This document shows positions 16,980-26,292 of a DNA stretch of 64,000 nt, piece by piece. The translations under genes and the position numbers were made by a program. The stretch is from a virus (lineage: Duplodnaviria > Heunggongvirae > Uroviricota > Caudoviricetes): IMG/VR virus record IMGVR_UViG_3300042311_000626, positions 1 to 64,000 of that record, one strand, 5' to 3'. Position 1 is the first letter of the stretch; each line of letters opens with the position of its first letter. The notes below the pieces were generated by a model that was given only the letters and a program-made list of their open reading frames with translations, had not been told where the DNA came from and did not search any database.

Positions 16980-17976
16980 AATTGAAGAATTAAAACAGCA
17001 CAATCCTTATTACGGAAAATCAGCCATCGATATAATGCATTGGCTTTTTGATAAACCCAAATACGTCGAGCTAGCCGTTTCATTGTTTAAAAACGCAGAA
17101 AACGCGCGTACTTACCATAATGATGTTATTGAGATATTAGCAGATTGGGAAATACCTCAGGAAAAAATAGATGCTCTATCTATCTACGAATTACACTTTA
17201 TATACGTTTTCTTAGATTCAGTAGGTAGAGAAAATATTACTAATCTACTTAAATTTGCCGAATATAACGAGCGAAAATTAATTGTTCGAAATGATATTTC
17301 CACGTATAAGAATTTTGATGAATTGGAGAATCAAATAAATCTAGCAGAGATAAAAATAATGGGTAAAGAATTACAATCCCAAACCCAAATCCTACATGAT
17401 ACGGATGAATGGTTGGTTTTAAAACCATTATCATTCGAAGCATCTTTAAAATATGGTGCCTCTACTAAGTGGTGTACCGCCATGAAGAATGACCCCGAGT
17501 ATTTTATTCGTTATTCTAAACGTGGAATTGTGATTTATTGTATAAATCGCTCCACGGGTGAAAAAATAGCCGCATTTAAGAATCTTAATACTGATTATGA
17601 GTATGAAACATCATTCTGGGATGCTAAAGATATTCGTGTAGATTCTATGGATACTAATCTTCCTGAACGTATTTTAATTCTTATACGTAGTGAGTTTACT
17701 AATACTAAATTAACTAATTGGGAATTATTTTCAGATGAATATAAAGCTCAGTATCTTTCAAATACAACTATGACAACAAATACATGGCATGATGAACCAA
17801 ACGTAGCACCAAATCAGGGTGGTTTAGGATTAGCCATTCGTAACGCTATTACGTATGATGAAGACATTAATGTTGAAGAATTAGTAGAAAGGCAAATGGA
17901 AGAACGAGTAGTAGCTTGTAATACTGCTCCACCCCCATTTATGGGTGACATGGTTGAACAAGCTTGGAGAGACTAA
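16972..17976 (+). CDS. hypothetical protein (334 aa)
   Basis: Long ORF first after the GC-rich island; no recognisable motif. Confidence 0.5.
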   Translation: MSKIEELKQHNPYYGKSAIDIMHWLFDKPKYVELAVSLFKNAENARTYHNDVIEILADWEIPQEKIDALSIYELHFIYVFLDSVGRENITNLLKFAEYNERKLIVRNDISTYKNFDELENQINLAEIKIMGKELQSQTQILHDTDEWLVLKPLSFEASLKYGASTKWCTAMKNDPEYFIRYSKRGIVIYCINRSTGEKIAAFKNLNTDYEYETSFWDAKDIRVDSMDTNLPERILILIRSEFTNTKLTNWELFSDEYKAQYLSNTTMTTNTWHDEPNVAPNQGGLGLAIRNAITYDEDINVEELVERQMEERVVACNTAPPPFMGDMVEQAWRD

Positions 17977-17980
17977 TAGT

Positions 17981-18454
17981 ATGGGAGAATTTAAACACAT
18001 AACATTAGACGAAGCTAAATCGGATTATTATCCTAAACCCGAAGGAGTAAATTGTTTTTACTCTGATGCTTATACTTTAACACCTGATCCTAATGATCCA
18101 ACTAATGATTATGTACATTATTGGGTAAAGAATAATAAATTTAATGCTTCCTTATCATTTAACGAAGGATACATTTATATTTTGGAGAATAAAGGTCAAC
18201 CTGGTGTGTTGAAAATTGGATATACGGATAGGACGCCACAGGAGAGAGTCCGAGAGATTAACGGGGCAACAGGTGTTATAACACCTTGGTACATAGTTAA
18301 CGCATTCGCATGTAGAGCGCCTTTACAAATTGAATCTTTGATACATAAGAAACTTAAACCATTTCATGTTAATAAAGAAGGATTTGCTGTAACTATACCC
18401 TATGCTGAGGAAACAATTGCTGGTGTTATTTCCGATAATAATGCAAGTATTTAG
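17981..18454 (+). CDS. T5orf172/MUG113-type GIY-YIG-superfamily domain protein
   Basis: GYIYILENKGQPGVLKIGYTDRTPQERVREIN matches the T5orf172 core (YxYxL...KIGxT...R); ATG at 17981 preferred over track start 17945. Confidence 0.5.
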   Translation: MGEFKHITLDEAKSDYYPKPEGVNCFYSDAYTLTPDPNDPTNDYVHYWVKNNKFNASLSFNEGYIYILENKGQPGVLKIGYTDRTPQERVREINGATGVITPWYIVNAFACRAPLQIESLIHKKLKPFHVNKEGFAVTIPYAEETIAGVISDNNASI

Positions 18455-18494
18455 TAATACTAATATATTTATACCTAAATTAATACAACCACAC

Positions 18495-18758
18495 ATGGCT
18501 GAATATTTATTACAAGACAAAGACAAAGCAGCATTTATTAATAAAATGAATAAAGTATTATCTCAATTACAACCAGGATTGGGTGTGGATAATACTAGTT
18601 TTGTTGATGTACCTGAAAATAAAGATGATGATAAATGCATTTTTGTAACAGGTGATCCTGTAGAGGAGAAAGTGTTAGATCAACTTATTGATCAAAAGAC
18701 TTTTAATTTTAGAGTTAAGAAAATTAGTTTAAAAGAAATATTACAATCAATAAAATAA
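18495..18758 (+). CDS. hypothetical protein
   Basis: MAEYLLQDKDK...; in-frame internal ATG of track ORF 18402..18758. Confidence 0.35.
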   Translation: MAEYLLQDKDKAAFINKMNKVLSQLQPGLGVDNTSFVDVPENKDDDKCIFVTGDPVEEKVLDQLIDQKTFNFRVKKISLKEILQSIK

Positions 18759-18764
18759 ATAACA

Positions 18765-19361
18765 ATGAAAAAACAATTTATTACAGAGGCAGCTCGCCTT
18801 CAAAAACTAGCAGGTATTATCAATGAATCTCAATATAGAGAATTGAGTGAAAACCCCGATTTAAAGAAATATGATGGGCCAACTAAAATTTTTAATGGTA
18901 TACCTCATACATGGTTAGGTAATGGATATTTCCCCTCAGACCAAGGAGGTATAGATGCATTAAAAGCTTCATTTGTACAAAGTGAAAAGGATAAAGTTGA
19001 TAAAATACTTAAACAACAATTAGCAGGTAAAAGAGGAATTAAAGATAACAGTAAAGTAAAATATTTTATAGCTAATCCTAATTATGATCCTGCTCAGGAT
19101 GATTATGATACTGATAATGATGACCATAAATATGAGATTAACATACAAGGTATAGTAGATGCTATAAAAAAATATGCTGCTCAAAACAATTTAAAAATTA
19201 ATCCTGAGAGTTTAGCATATTATATAGAGGGTCTTGAAGGTTTTGGTTATGATTATGGTTCTGGGGATTTTGGAGACTTTGAAAGAATGGGAGGGTATAA
19301 TAGAGAATTAACTCCTATGGAATTATATAGCGAATTTTTGTCTATTACTTATGATCTTTAA
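18765..19361 (+). CDS. hypothetical protein (198 aa)
   Basis: ORF followed by strong terminator. Confidence 0.45.
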   Translation: MKKQFITEAARLQKLAGIINESQYRELSENPDLKKYDGPTKIFNGIPHTWLGNGYFPSDQGGIDALKASFVQSEKDKVDKILKQQLAGKRGIKDNSKVKYFIANPNYDPAQDDYDTDNDDHKYEINIQGIVDAIKKYAAQNNLKINPESLAYYIEGLEGFGYDYGSGDFGDFERMGGYNRELTPMELYSEFLSITYDL

Positions 19362-19393
19362 TCTTAAAAATTAATTAAATCTTAAAAATATGA

Positions 19394-19420
19394 CCCGCCC
19401 CTAAAAAGGCGGGTTTTTTT
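19394..19420 (+). terminator. rho-independent terminator
   Basis: cccgcc-cctaaaaa-ggcggg plus T7. Confidence 0.7.
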
Positions 19421-19507
19421 GTCCTTCACCATCTTATATATATGTATCTATTGATAGCGGTATGAAATGCATTACTTTTAAAGAAAACTTGGCTACCGCC
19501 TTCCCCA

Positions 19508-19540
19508 TTCGTATAATACATTATAACTATAAAATTTAAA
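19508..19540 (+). promoter_or_regulatory. early promoter motif, degenerate
   Basis: TTCGTATAATACATTATAACTATAAAATTTAAA before ATG 19545. Confidence 0.35.
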
Positions 19541-19544
19541 CAAG

Positions 19545-19730
19545 ATGAAATACAAAACACAAGCCCTTAAGAAAATTGAGAAAATTGAGCACAAAGTTGC
19601 TGCTTTAGAAAGTGCTATTAGCCGTAATGAAGACAGAAGTGTTATCGCTGGTGCCTTTAGAGACATGAGAGAAGCTGTAGCAAGTTTAAGAGATACTATC
19701 TCTATTGAAAACGACGAAATGAATTATTAA
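19545..19730 (+). CDS. hypothetical coiled-coil protein
   Basis: 61-aa ORF after a degenerate early motif. Confidence 0.4.
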   Translation: MKYKTQALKKIEKIEHKVAALESAISRNEDRSVIAGAFRDMREAVASLRDTISIENDEMNY

Positions 19731-19731
19731 T

Positions 19732-20013
19732 ATGACAACATTTGTAATTATTTTAATTAGTATCGTCCTTATTTTAGGATATATTTCTTACAATTTATTT
19801 AAAAAAGTTGAACAATTAGAAAGGATAGTAGATTCTCAAGAACAATACATATCTAAATTTTCTAATACAGTAGATTTTACTAATAAACGATTAGGAGAAA
19901 TTGATGAAAAAGGAACATTTCAATCCGATGACGAAATAGGATGGTTTTTTGAGAGTGTAAAGACATTACAGAGTGAATTAGATGATTTTAATTTGAATGG
20001 AGTTAGAAGATAA
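19732..20013 (+). CDS. membrane-anchored hypothetical protein
   Basis: N-terminal TM helix, 93 aa. Confidence 0.4.
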   Translation: MTTFVIILISIVLILGYISYNLFKKVEQLERIVDSQEQYISKFSNTVDFTNKRLGEIDEKGTFQSDDEIGWFFESVKTLQSELDDFNLNGVRR

Positions 20014-20752
20014 TGTAATAACGGTCGAGCTTACCAAGTCTGGTAAGCCCCGTAAACGTAAACCCAAAACATCTCACACATACTTTACTGAAGACACTCA
20101 GAATGCTATTGTAGAATATGTAGCATCTCAGGATCAAAAATTTAGAGATAAAGTTTATCGTGAACGTATTGAGTATGGATTTTTTAAATTGACTCAAAAC
20201 ATCATTCACACTTTTAAATTTTACTATACTGATGGTGAATCTGTTGAAGATGTACAACAAGAAGTAATTGCTTTTTTACTTGAAAAACTTAAATTATACA
20301 AACCTGCTAAAGGTAAGGCATATTCCTATTTTGGAACTATAGCTAAACGTTATTTAATTTTAAAGAATAAGAAAAACTATCAAAAACTTCAAGATAAAGG
20401 AGATTTATTAGAGATTGAAGAAGATAAAACTATACGAGAAGAAATAATAAATGACCATTATGGACAAGACTATAGTGTAAGTGAATTTATGTCTTTATAT
20501 ACTCGTTATGTAGATAAAAATCTTCATAAATTGTTTCCTAAAGAAATAGATGCTAAAACAGCAGATGCCGTAGTTGAATTATTCCGTAAATGTGAATCAT
20601 TGGATATATTTAACAAAAAAGCATTATACATCTATATTCGTGAAATGATAGACGTAGATACTCCTCAAATTACTAAAATTATTAAAAAATTAAAAGTTAT
20701 ATACATTGATTTATATAATAGATATTATGAAGATAATTACATCAATGTGTAA
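19997..20752 (+). CDS. putative late-transcription sigma factor (T4 gp55-like, sigma-70 region-2-like only)
   Basis: ESVEDVQQEVIAFLLEKLKLYKPAKGKAYSYFGTIAKRYLILKNKKN parallels T4 gp55 and sigma region 2; sits just upstream of the late module. Confidence 0.5.
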   Translation: MELEDNVITVELTKSGKPRKRKPKTSHTYFTEDTQNAIVEYVASQDQKFRDKVYRERIEYGFFKLTQNIIHTFKFYYTDGESVEDVQQEVIAFLLEKLKLYKPAKGKAYSYFGTIAKRYLILKNKKNYQKLQDKGDLLEIEEDKTIREEIINDHYGQDYSVSEFMSLYTRYVDKNLHKLFPKEIDAKTADAVVELFRKCESLDIFNKKALYIYIREMIDVDTPQITKIIKKLKVIYIDLYNRYYEDNYINV

Positions 20753-20767
20753 TTTTTGTTAATTTTT

Positions 20768-20776
20768 ATATTTATA
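20768..20776 (+). promoter_or_regulatory. late-type motif ATATTTATA(A)
   Basis: 15 nt upstream of first late gene; recurrent in late intergenic regions. Confidence 0.4.
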
Positions 20777-20791
20777 ATAAAATAAATTTAT

Positions 20792-21148
20792 ATGGATTTT
20801 GATAAAACTATATGGGGTAATAAAAAATTCTCCGATTTGTTAAAAGATATTTATGCCAATTCTAAAGAAAAGGAAAAACAAATCAAAGAATTAATAGGTA
20901 CTCTAAAACCATTTATTACAGATAACCATTCTGCTCTTACTATAGTTCCATTAATTGCAAATTACCTTAACATTAGTGTTAAGAATGATGAGCAACTAAT
21001 TAAATTAGCTAGTATAGTTCAACGTGCTGCTTCTTTAGGTGAAGGAGATAGCATTGGTGGTTTTATATTAAGTGAAGCCGAAAAAGAACAACTATTTTCC
21101 GCCGTAAATGAAATAGGAAATGAAGTAGAAGGACCTTCTAAAGAATAA
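20792..21148 (+). CDS. hypothetical protein (first gene with late-type upstream motif)
   Basis: 118-aa ORF, ATATTTATA 15 nt upstream. Confidence 0.45.
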   Translation: MDFDKTIWGNKKFSDLLKDIYANSKEKEKQIKELIGTLKPFITDNHSALTIVPLIANYLNISVKNDEQLIKLASIVQRAASLGEGDSIGGFILSEAEKEQLFSAVNEIGNEVEGPSKE

Positions 21149-21151
21149 AAC

Positions 21152-22354
21152 ATGACTAGAGTTAGAACAGGATTATCTAATATTACAGCCAATATGGGCT
21201 TTAATAATTATACTGCTCCCCAAGGATACAAAGTAGGGAAAGTATATGCGGTTATATTAGATGAACAAAGTGTTCCTCAACAAGTATGGATTAATAATGG
21301 AGGATGGGCTGGTGTCGGTACTATTTTATATGCTGAATATAGAGAAGATACTGAATTACCATTAGAATCACTAAGTGATTCTCAATTAATTGATTTACCT
21401 ACCGCCTTACCATTATATCCTAACCAAAAATATTTTCCTTTACCTGGAGAAATTGTCATGTTGATGGATTTACCATCGGCACCTTCTCCTATTACTAATA
21501 AAACTGAGGAAAGTTATTACGTAAGTGTTATTAATGCGTGGAATAGTCCCCAATTTAATGGTTTATTTTTAAATGAAGATAAAGACGTATTATATAATTC
21601 ATTCAATCAAAACTCAGATTTTAGAGGATTACAAACATTTGAAGGAGATTATTTATTAGAAGGTAGATTTGGAAATTCTATTCGTTTTGGTAGTACTAAT
21701 AGAGCAGGAAGTCAAGATTTATCTCCATGGTCTACTAATCCTAATGAATTAGAAAACAATCCTATTACATTATTAACTAATCAACATAATTCAAAATTAC
21801 CTAATTCTGATTTATATGTTGAAAATATTAATAAAGATGGTGCGTCTGTTTATTTAACTTCAAATCAATCTATACCTTTAGATACAGGAAATGTAGTATT
21901 AAGTAATATTACTAACCCGATTAATGTTAAAGATTTTACAAACCCGCAAGTAATAATAAATGCTGATCGAACTATTATATCATCTAAATCAGATGAAGTA
22001 TTAATATTTGGTAAGACTGGAGTAGAAGCTTATTCTCAAGGACCTATTTATCTGCAAAGTAACAAAGTAGGGATTGTATTACAAGATAATCAAGTATTTT
22101 TAGGACCATATACTAATAGTAATATTACTCCGCAACCATTAATATTAGGATGTTCATTAAATGTATGGTTATCCGATTTAATATTAACGTTAAGTGATTT
22201 TTCATCCAATCTAGCTAACACAGTATCGCAACCCGAAGGTACCCCATTAATGACTATAAACGATGCTACTATTACTCTTCAAGATAAATTAGAAGTATTA
22301 AATAAAACATTACTTAATGAAAGTTTACTTTCAAAAACTACTAATACAATATAA
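21152..22354 (+). CDS. putative baseplate/tail structural protein
   Basis: 400-aa Asn/Ser/Thr-rich ORF heading the structural block. Confidence 0.4.
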   Translation: MTRVRTGLSNITANMGFNNYTAPQGYKVGKVYAVILDEQSVPQQVWINNGGWAGVGTILYAEYREDTELPLESLSDSQLIDLPTALPLYPNQKYFPLPGEIVMLMDLPSAPSPITNKTEESYYVSVINAWNSPQFNGLFLNEDKDVLYNSFNQNSDFRGLQTFEGDYLLEGRFGNSIRFGSTNRAGSQDLSPWSTNPNELENNPITLLTNQHNSKLPNSDLYVENINKDGASVYLTSNQSIPLDTGNVVLSNITNPINVKDFTNPQVIINADRTIISSKSDEVLIFGKTGVEAYSQGPIYLQSNKVGIVLQDNQVFLGPYTNSNITPQPLILGCSLNVWLSDLILTLSDFSSNLANTVSQPEGTPLMTINDATITLQDKLEVLNKTLLNESLLSKTTNTI

Positions 22355-23658
22355 TGGCTGAAGTTACTAACCAGGATAAAATAAAAGCAGCTAAAAAATC
22401 ACTTGATGAATCTAAAAAATTATATCAAGATGCTGAGAGACAATATGCTAAAGCCGAAGCACTTTATAATAAAGCTAAAGTACAAGCTAATGCTATTAAA
22501 TCTTTAGTACCCTCTGCTCCCTCCCTTAATGTAAGCTCACCAGAAGCTATTGCTGCCTTAGGTACTGCTGCTATAACCGCATTAGCTGCTAATATAACAC
22601 CTGAACAACGAGCAAAAACTATTAATGATAGAAAGGAAGCTCTTAGAAAATTAGAAAGAAAAGCAGAACAAGAATTAGAAAAAGCTAAAGCTGCTATTGC
22701 GGGTGCTCAAAAACGTATTGAAGTACTTCAAGAACAAATTGGAGTATTAACAACACAACGCTCATTAAAAGAAAAAAAAGACAAACAACAAATTAAAGAT
22801 AAAGTTAAAGTAGCAAAAGATACTAAAAAAATAAAAACAAATAAAGCTAAAATTAAAAAAGCCTTAACACAAATAATAAAATCATCAGGACCGGCTGCTA
22901 TTACATTGGTTTTTGGTAGAATACTAAGTAATCAGGTTAATAAATTAGCTCAAACTATTTCTAAATTAAATGAATTAGTAAATAAAACTAATGAAATAAT
23001 TACAAATGCTACAACTAAAGCAGATATAGAAAAAGCAAGAGTAGCTAGAGACGCAGCTTTAGTTTCATTAAGATCTGCTGAGGATCAGGTTAATAATTTT
23101 AATAGAACACTTAGATCTATAAGTACTACTTTAACAATATTGACATTAACAGTATCTGTATTAACAGCTATTCCATACACACCATATCAGATATCACCTA
23201 TTGGTATTAAAACAACAAGAACAATAGCAAAATACGCACCTATAATAATATCTCTTAATATACTATTACAAATTGCAATAGGAACTTTAAATAGATTTAA
23301 ATCAACTATTCAATATGAACGTTCTAGATTACTTCCTTTAAATAAAGTACTAGATGATGCTGCTACTAATGATTTAACTCCTCAAGAAGTAAGAGATTTA
23401 TTAGATGCTTCTGGTACTGGTTTAGATGGTGGTGGTTTAGGTCCTGTACTTGGAGTTGAATATAATGGATTTACATTCTCTATATTAGAAGAAGATGATC
23501 CTAGATTTGTAGTAGCTGGTAATAAACGAAGATATGCTGTTGCCTTAGACAGAAGTGGATTTATAGCTCTACAATCTGAACCGTCCTTTACATTAGATCC
23601 TGAGGTTCTAATTGAGGAATTAAGATTAGAAATTGACAAACGAAGACTTGAAGCTTAA
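22354..23658 (+). CDS. coiled-coil structural protein with hydrophobic segments (tape-measure-like?)
   Basis: Ala/Lys/Glu coiled-coil N-half, TM-like TILTLTVSVLTAIPY and IIISLNILLQIAIG, Gly-rich C-terminal part. Confidence 0.4.
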   Translation: MAEVTNQDKIKAAKKSLDESKKLYQDAERQYAKAEALYNKAKVQANAIKSLVPSAPSLNVSSPEAIAALGTAAITALAANITPEQRAKTINDRKEALRKLERKAEQELEKAKAAIAGAQKRIEVLQEQIGVLTTQRSLKEKKDKQQIKDKVKVAKDTKKIKTNKAKIKKALTQIIKSSGPAAITLVFGRILSNQVNKLAQTISKLNELVNKTNEIITNATTKADIEKARVARDAALVSLRSAEDQVNNFNRTLRSISTTLTILTLTVSVLTAIPYTPYQISPIGIKTTRTIAKYAPIIISLNILLQIAIGTLNRFKSTIQYERSRLLPLNKVLDDAATNDLTPQEVRDLLDASGTGLDGGGLGPVLGVEYNGFTFSILEEDDPRFVVAGNKRRYAVALDRSGFIALQSEPSFTLDPEVLIEELRLEIDKRRLEA

Positions 23659-23669
23659 TATTTATTGAC

Positions 23670-24032
23670 ATGAAAACATTAGAATTAAAAAAATTAATTA
23701 AAGAAGCCGTAAGAGAGGTTTTAAAAGAAGAATTAGCAGAATTAGGTAAACAGAAACTTTCTGAATCTGTTTCGTATGGTTTACCTTATACACCACCACC
23801 TGCATCTAGTAATAATGAAGCGTGGCCTACTATGAATTTTAATACTAGTAACACAAACCCTGCTTTACGAAATAGTTTAATGGAAAAAATGGGTATAGCA
23901 GATGCTATGAAACCAGAACCACCTAAAACATTCGGTGAAAAACAAGCAGTATACTCAGATTTATTATCTCAAGTAGCAGCAGAAATGAGATCAAACCCAG
24001 CTGATTTAAATAATTTTAGAAGTGTACAGTAA
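23670..24032 (+). CDS. hypothetical structural protein
   Basis: 120-aa ORF in baseplate block. Confidence 0.4.
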   Translation: MKTLELKKLIKEAVREVLKEELAELGKQKLSESVSYGLPYTPPPASSNNEAWPTMNFNTSNTNPALRNSLMEKMGIADAMKPEPPKTFGEKQAVYSDLLSQVAAEMRSNPADLNNFRSVQ

Positions 24033-24448
24033 TGGCTTACGTTAGAAGTACTAGAGTTGACCCGAGAGATTTTCAAGTCAATACCGCTATTGGTGTTGGT
24101 TTGCCTTTTAATGCTCCCGGAGTTTTTAATAGTATTTATTCTACAAGGGAGCAAATAAAATTTAATGTAATTAATTTAGTATTAACTTCTAAAGGAGAAA
24201 GAATAGAAAATCCAAACTTTGGTACCACTTTAAGGAGTCAATTATTTGGACAAATGACAGAAGAAACTTTAGATAACGTTAGAGAAGATATAATTAATAG
24301 CGTTGCAACATACATCCCAGAAGTAAACATTCAAAATATTGAATTATTAATAGAACCTAATGAATCTTCTAATACATTACTTGTAAAAATAGCATACATA
24401 ATACTCCTATCAGGAGAAACAGATAATATAACAGTTAACTTTGTATAA
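24032..24448 (+). CDS. baseplate wedge protein, GPW/gp25 family
   Basis: INLVLTSKGERIENPNFGTTLRSQLFGQ matches the gp25 core (IxxLLxTxxGERxxxPxFG). Confidence 0.7.
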   Translation: MAYVRSTRVDPRDFQVNTAIGVGLPFNAPGVFNSIYSTREQIKFNVINLVLTSKGERIENPNFGTTLRSQLFGQMTEETLDNVREDIINSVATYIPEVNIQNIELLIEPNESSNTLLVKIAYIILLSGETDNITVNFV

Positions 24449-26259
24449 TGACAGAGCAAAAAAACATATCTTATTTAAATAAGAATTTCCTTCAGTATAA
24501 AGCATCTCTTATAGAGTTTGCTAAAAATTATTTTCCTAATACTTATACCGATTTTTCAGAAGCGTCACCAGGTACGATGTTTATTGAAATGTCATCATAC
24601 GTTGGAGATGTTTTGTCTTTTTACACAGATACTCAAATACAAGAAAACTTTGTATTAACCGCTAGAGAAAAAGAAAATTTATTAAATATGGCGTATTCAT
24701 TAGGATATCGTCCTAAATCGTCATATGCATCTGTTACTACAATTGATTTTTATCAAAGAATTCCTATAGTAGCAGGACAACCTAATCTAGATTATGCATT
24801 AATAATCCCAGAAAATTTATCTTTAAGATCAGTAAGTACTAATGTTGACTTTTTAACTTTAGATCCTGTTGATTTTTCTAAAACAGAATCAGTTGAAATA
24901 ACATTGTACGATGGTAATAATTACTTATTCAAAAAATCAGTTAGAGCTATATCAGCAACAGTACAAAATCAAACATTTACGTTTGGGGCACCTGTAAAAT
25001 TTACCTCAGTTGAAATAAATGATCCAACCTTCCTTCAAATACTTCAAGCTACAGGAAGTGATGGTAGCCAATGGTATGAAGTACCTTATTTAGCTCAATC
25101 TAACATAATTAATAGAACAACTAATACTGGGCCTTCTTCTAATCAAGTACCTTATCTTTTAAGTTATTTAGAAACACCTAATAGATTTGTATCAAGAATT
25201 AGAACTGATGATGTTGTAGAACTGCAATTTGGTTCGGGTATGTATGTTAATGATAACGATGATATTATCATACCAACACCAGACAATATTCAATTAGGAT
25301 TAGTACCATCAGTTGATACTTCGGATTTAGTTAACAATTATAATCAAGCAGCTGTATTTTACACAAAACAGTACGGTACTGTACCTTCAAATATATCAAT
25401 GAATGTCCAATACCTTTCAGGTGGAGGAGTAACAGCTAATGTACCAGCAAATGATATTACTATTATTAATTCAAACGCTGGAATAAATGCTGTTAACCCA
25501 ATATATAATAACGTATCTTTAGCGACTTTAATCGCAAATAATCCATTACCTGCTGTAGGTGGCAGGAGTGGTGATACTACAGAAGAAATACGTTTAAACA
25601 CGCTAAATGCGTTCTCGGCACAATTAAGAGCTGTAACAAAAGACGATTATATGAATCGTGCTTTAAGTATGCCTTCTGATTTTGGTACCATAGCTAAAGT
25701 ATATGTTGAACAAGCATCTGCTTTATCTGTTAATTCAGGAAATGATCCTTTAATAGATAATAATCCACTTGCACTTTCAATGTATGTGTTAGCATATAAT
25801 TCTACTAAAAAATTAGAAAATGCTACTTTAAATTTAAAAACGAATTTAAAAGAATATATGGAGCCATTTAGAATGGTTACAGATGCTATTACTATTAAAG
25901 ACGCATTCTATATAAATTTAGGATTAAATTTTGATATAACTGTTATTCCTGGTTTAAGTAATAATCAAATACTAACAGATTGTATTACTGCTATTACTAA
26001 CTATTTTGATACAGATAAATGGCAGGTAAATCAACCTATAATCTTATCTAATATTAATTCATTACTGTTACAGATTAAAGGAGTACAATCGGTAGTTAAA
26101 ATAGAATTTACAAATAAATCAGGCGGAAATTATTCTCCATATAGCTATGATGTAGCAGGAGCTATTCAAAATGGAATCTTATACCCTTCATTAGATCCTT
26201 CTATATTTGAAATAAGATATCCTGAATTAGACATTCAAGGTAGAGTTGTAACTTTTTAA
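24448..26259 (+). CDS. baseplate J-like (gp6-like) wedge protein
   Basis: 603-aa ORF directly after gp25-like gene with start/stop overlap, matching gp25-gp6 synteny. Confidence 0.5.
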   Translation: MTEQKNISYLNKNFLQYKASLIEFAKNYFPNTYTDFSEASPGTMFIEMSSYVGDVLSFYTDTQIQENFVLTAREKENLLNMAYSLGYRPKSSYASVTTIDFYQRIPIVAGQPNLDYALIIPENLSLRSVSTNVDFLTLDPVDFSKTESVEITLYDGNNYLFKKSVRAISATVQNQTFTFGAPVKFTSVEINDPTFLQILQATGSDGSQWYEVPYLAQSNIINRTTNTGPSSNQVPYLLSYLETPNRFVSRIRTDDVVELQFGSGMYVNDNDDIIIPTPDNIQLGLVPSVDTSDLVNNYNQAAVFYTKQYGTVPSNISMNVQYLSGGGVTANVPANDITIINSNAGINAVNPIYNNVSLATLIANNPLPAVGGRSGDTTEEIRLNTLNAFSAQLRAVTKDDYMNRALSMPSDFGTIAKVYVEQASALSVNSGNDPLIDNNPLALSMYVLAYNSTKKLENATLNLKTNLKEYMEPFRMVTDAITIKDAFYINLGLNFDITVIPGLSNNQILTDCITAITNYFDTDKWQVNQPIILSNINSLLLQIKGVQSVVKIEFTNKSGGNYSPYSYDVAGAIQNGILYPSLDPSIFEIRYPELDIQGRVVTF

Positions 26260-26266
26260 CAACTTT

Positions 26267-26275
26267 ATATTTATA
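26267..26275 (+). promoter_or_regulatory. late-type motif ATATTTATAA
   Basis: 17 nt upstream of ATG 26293. Confidence 0.4.
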
Positions 26276-26292
26276 ATAAACAAATAACATAG

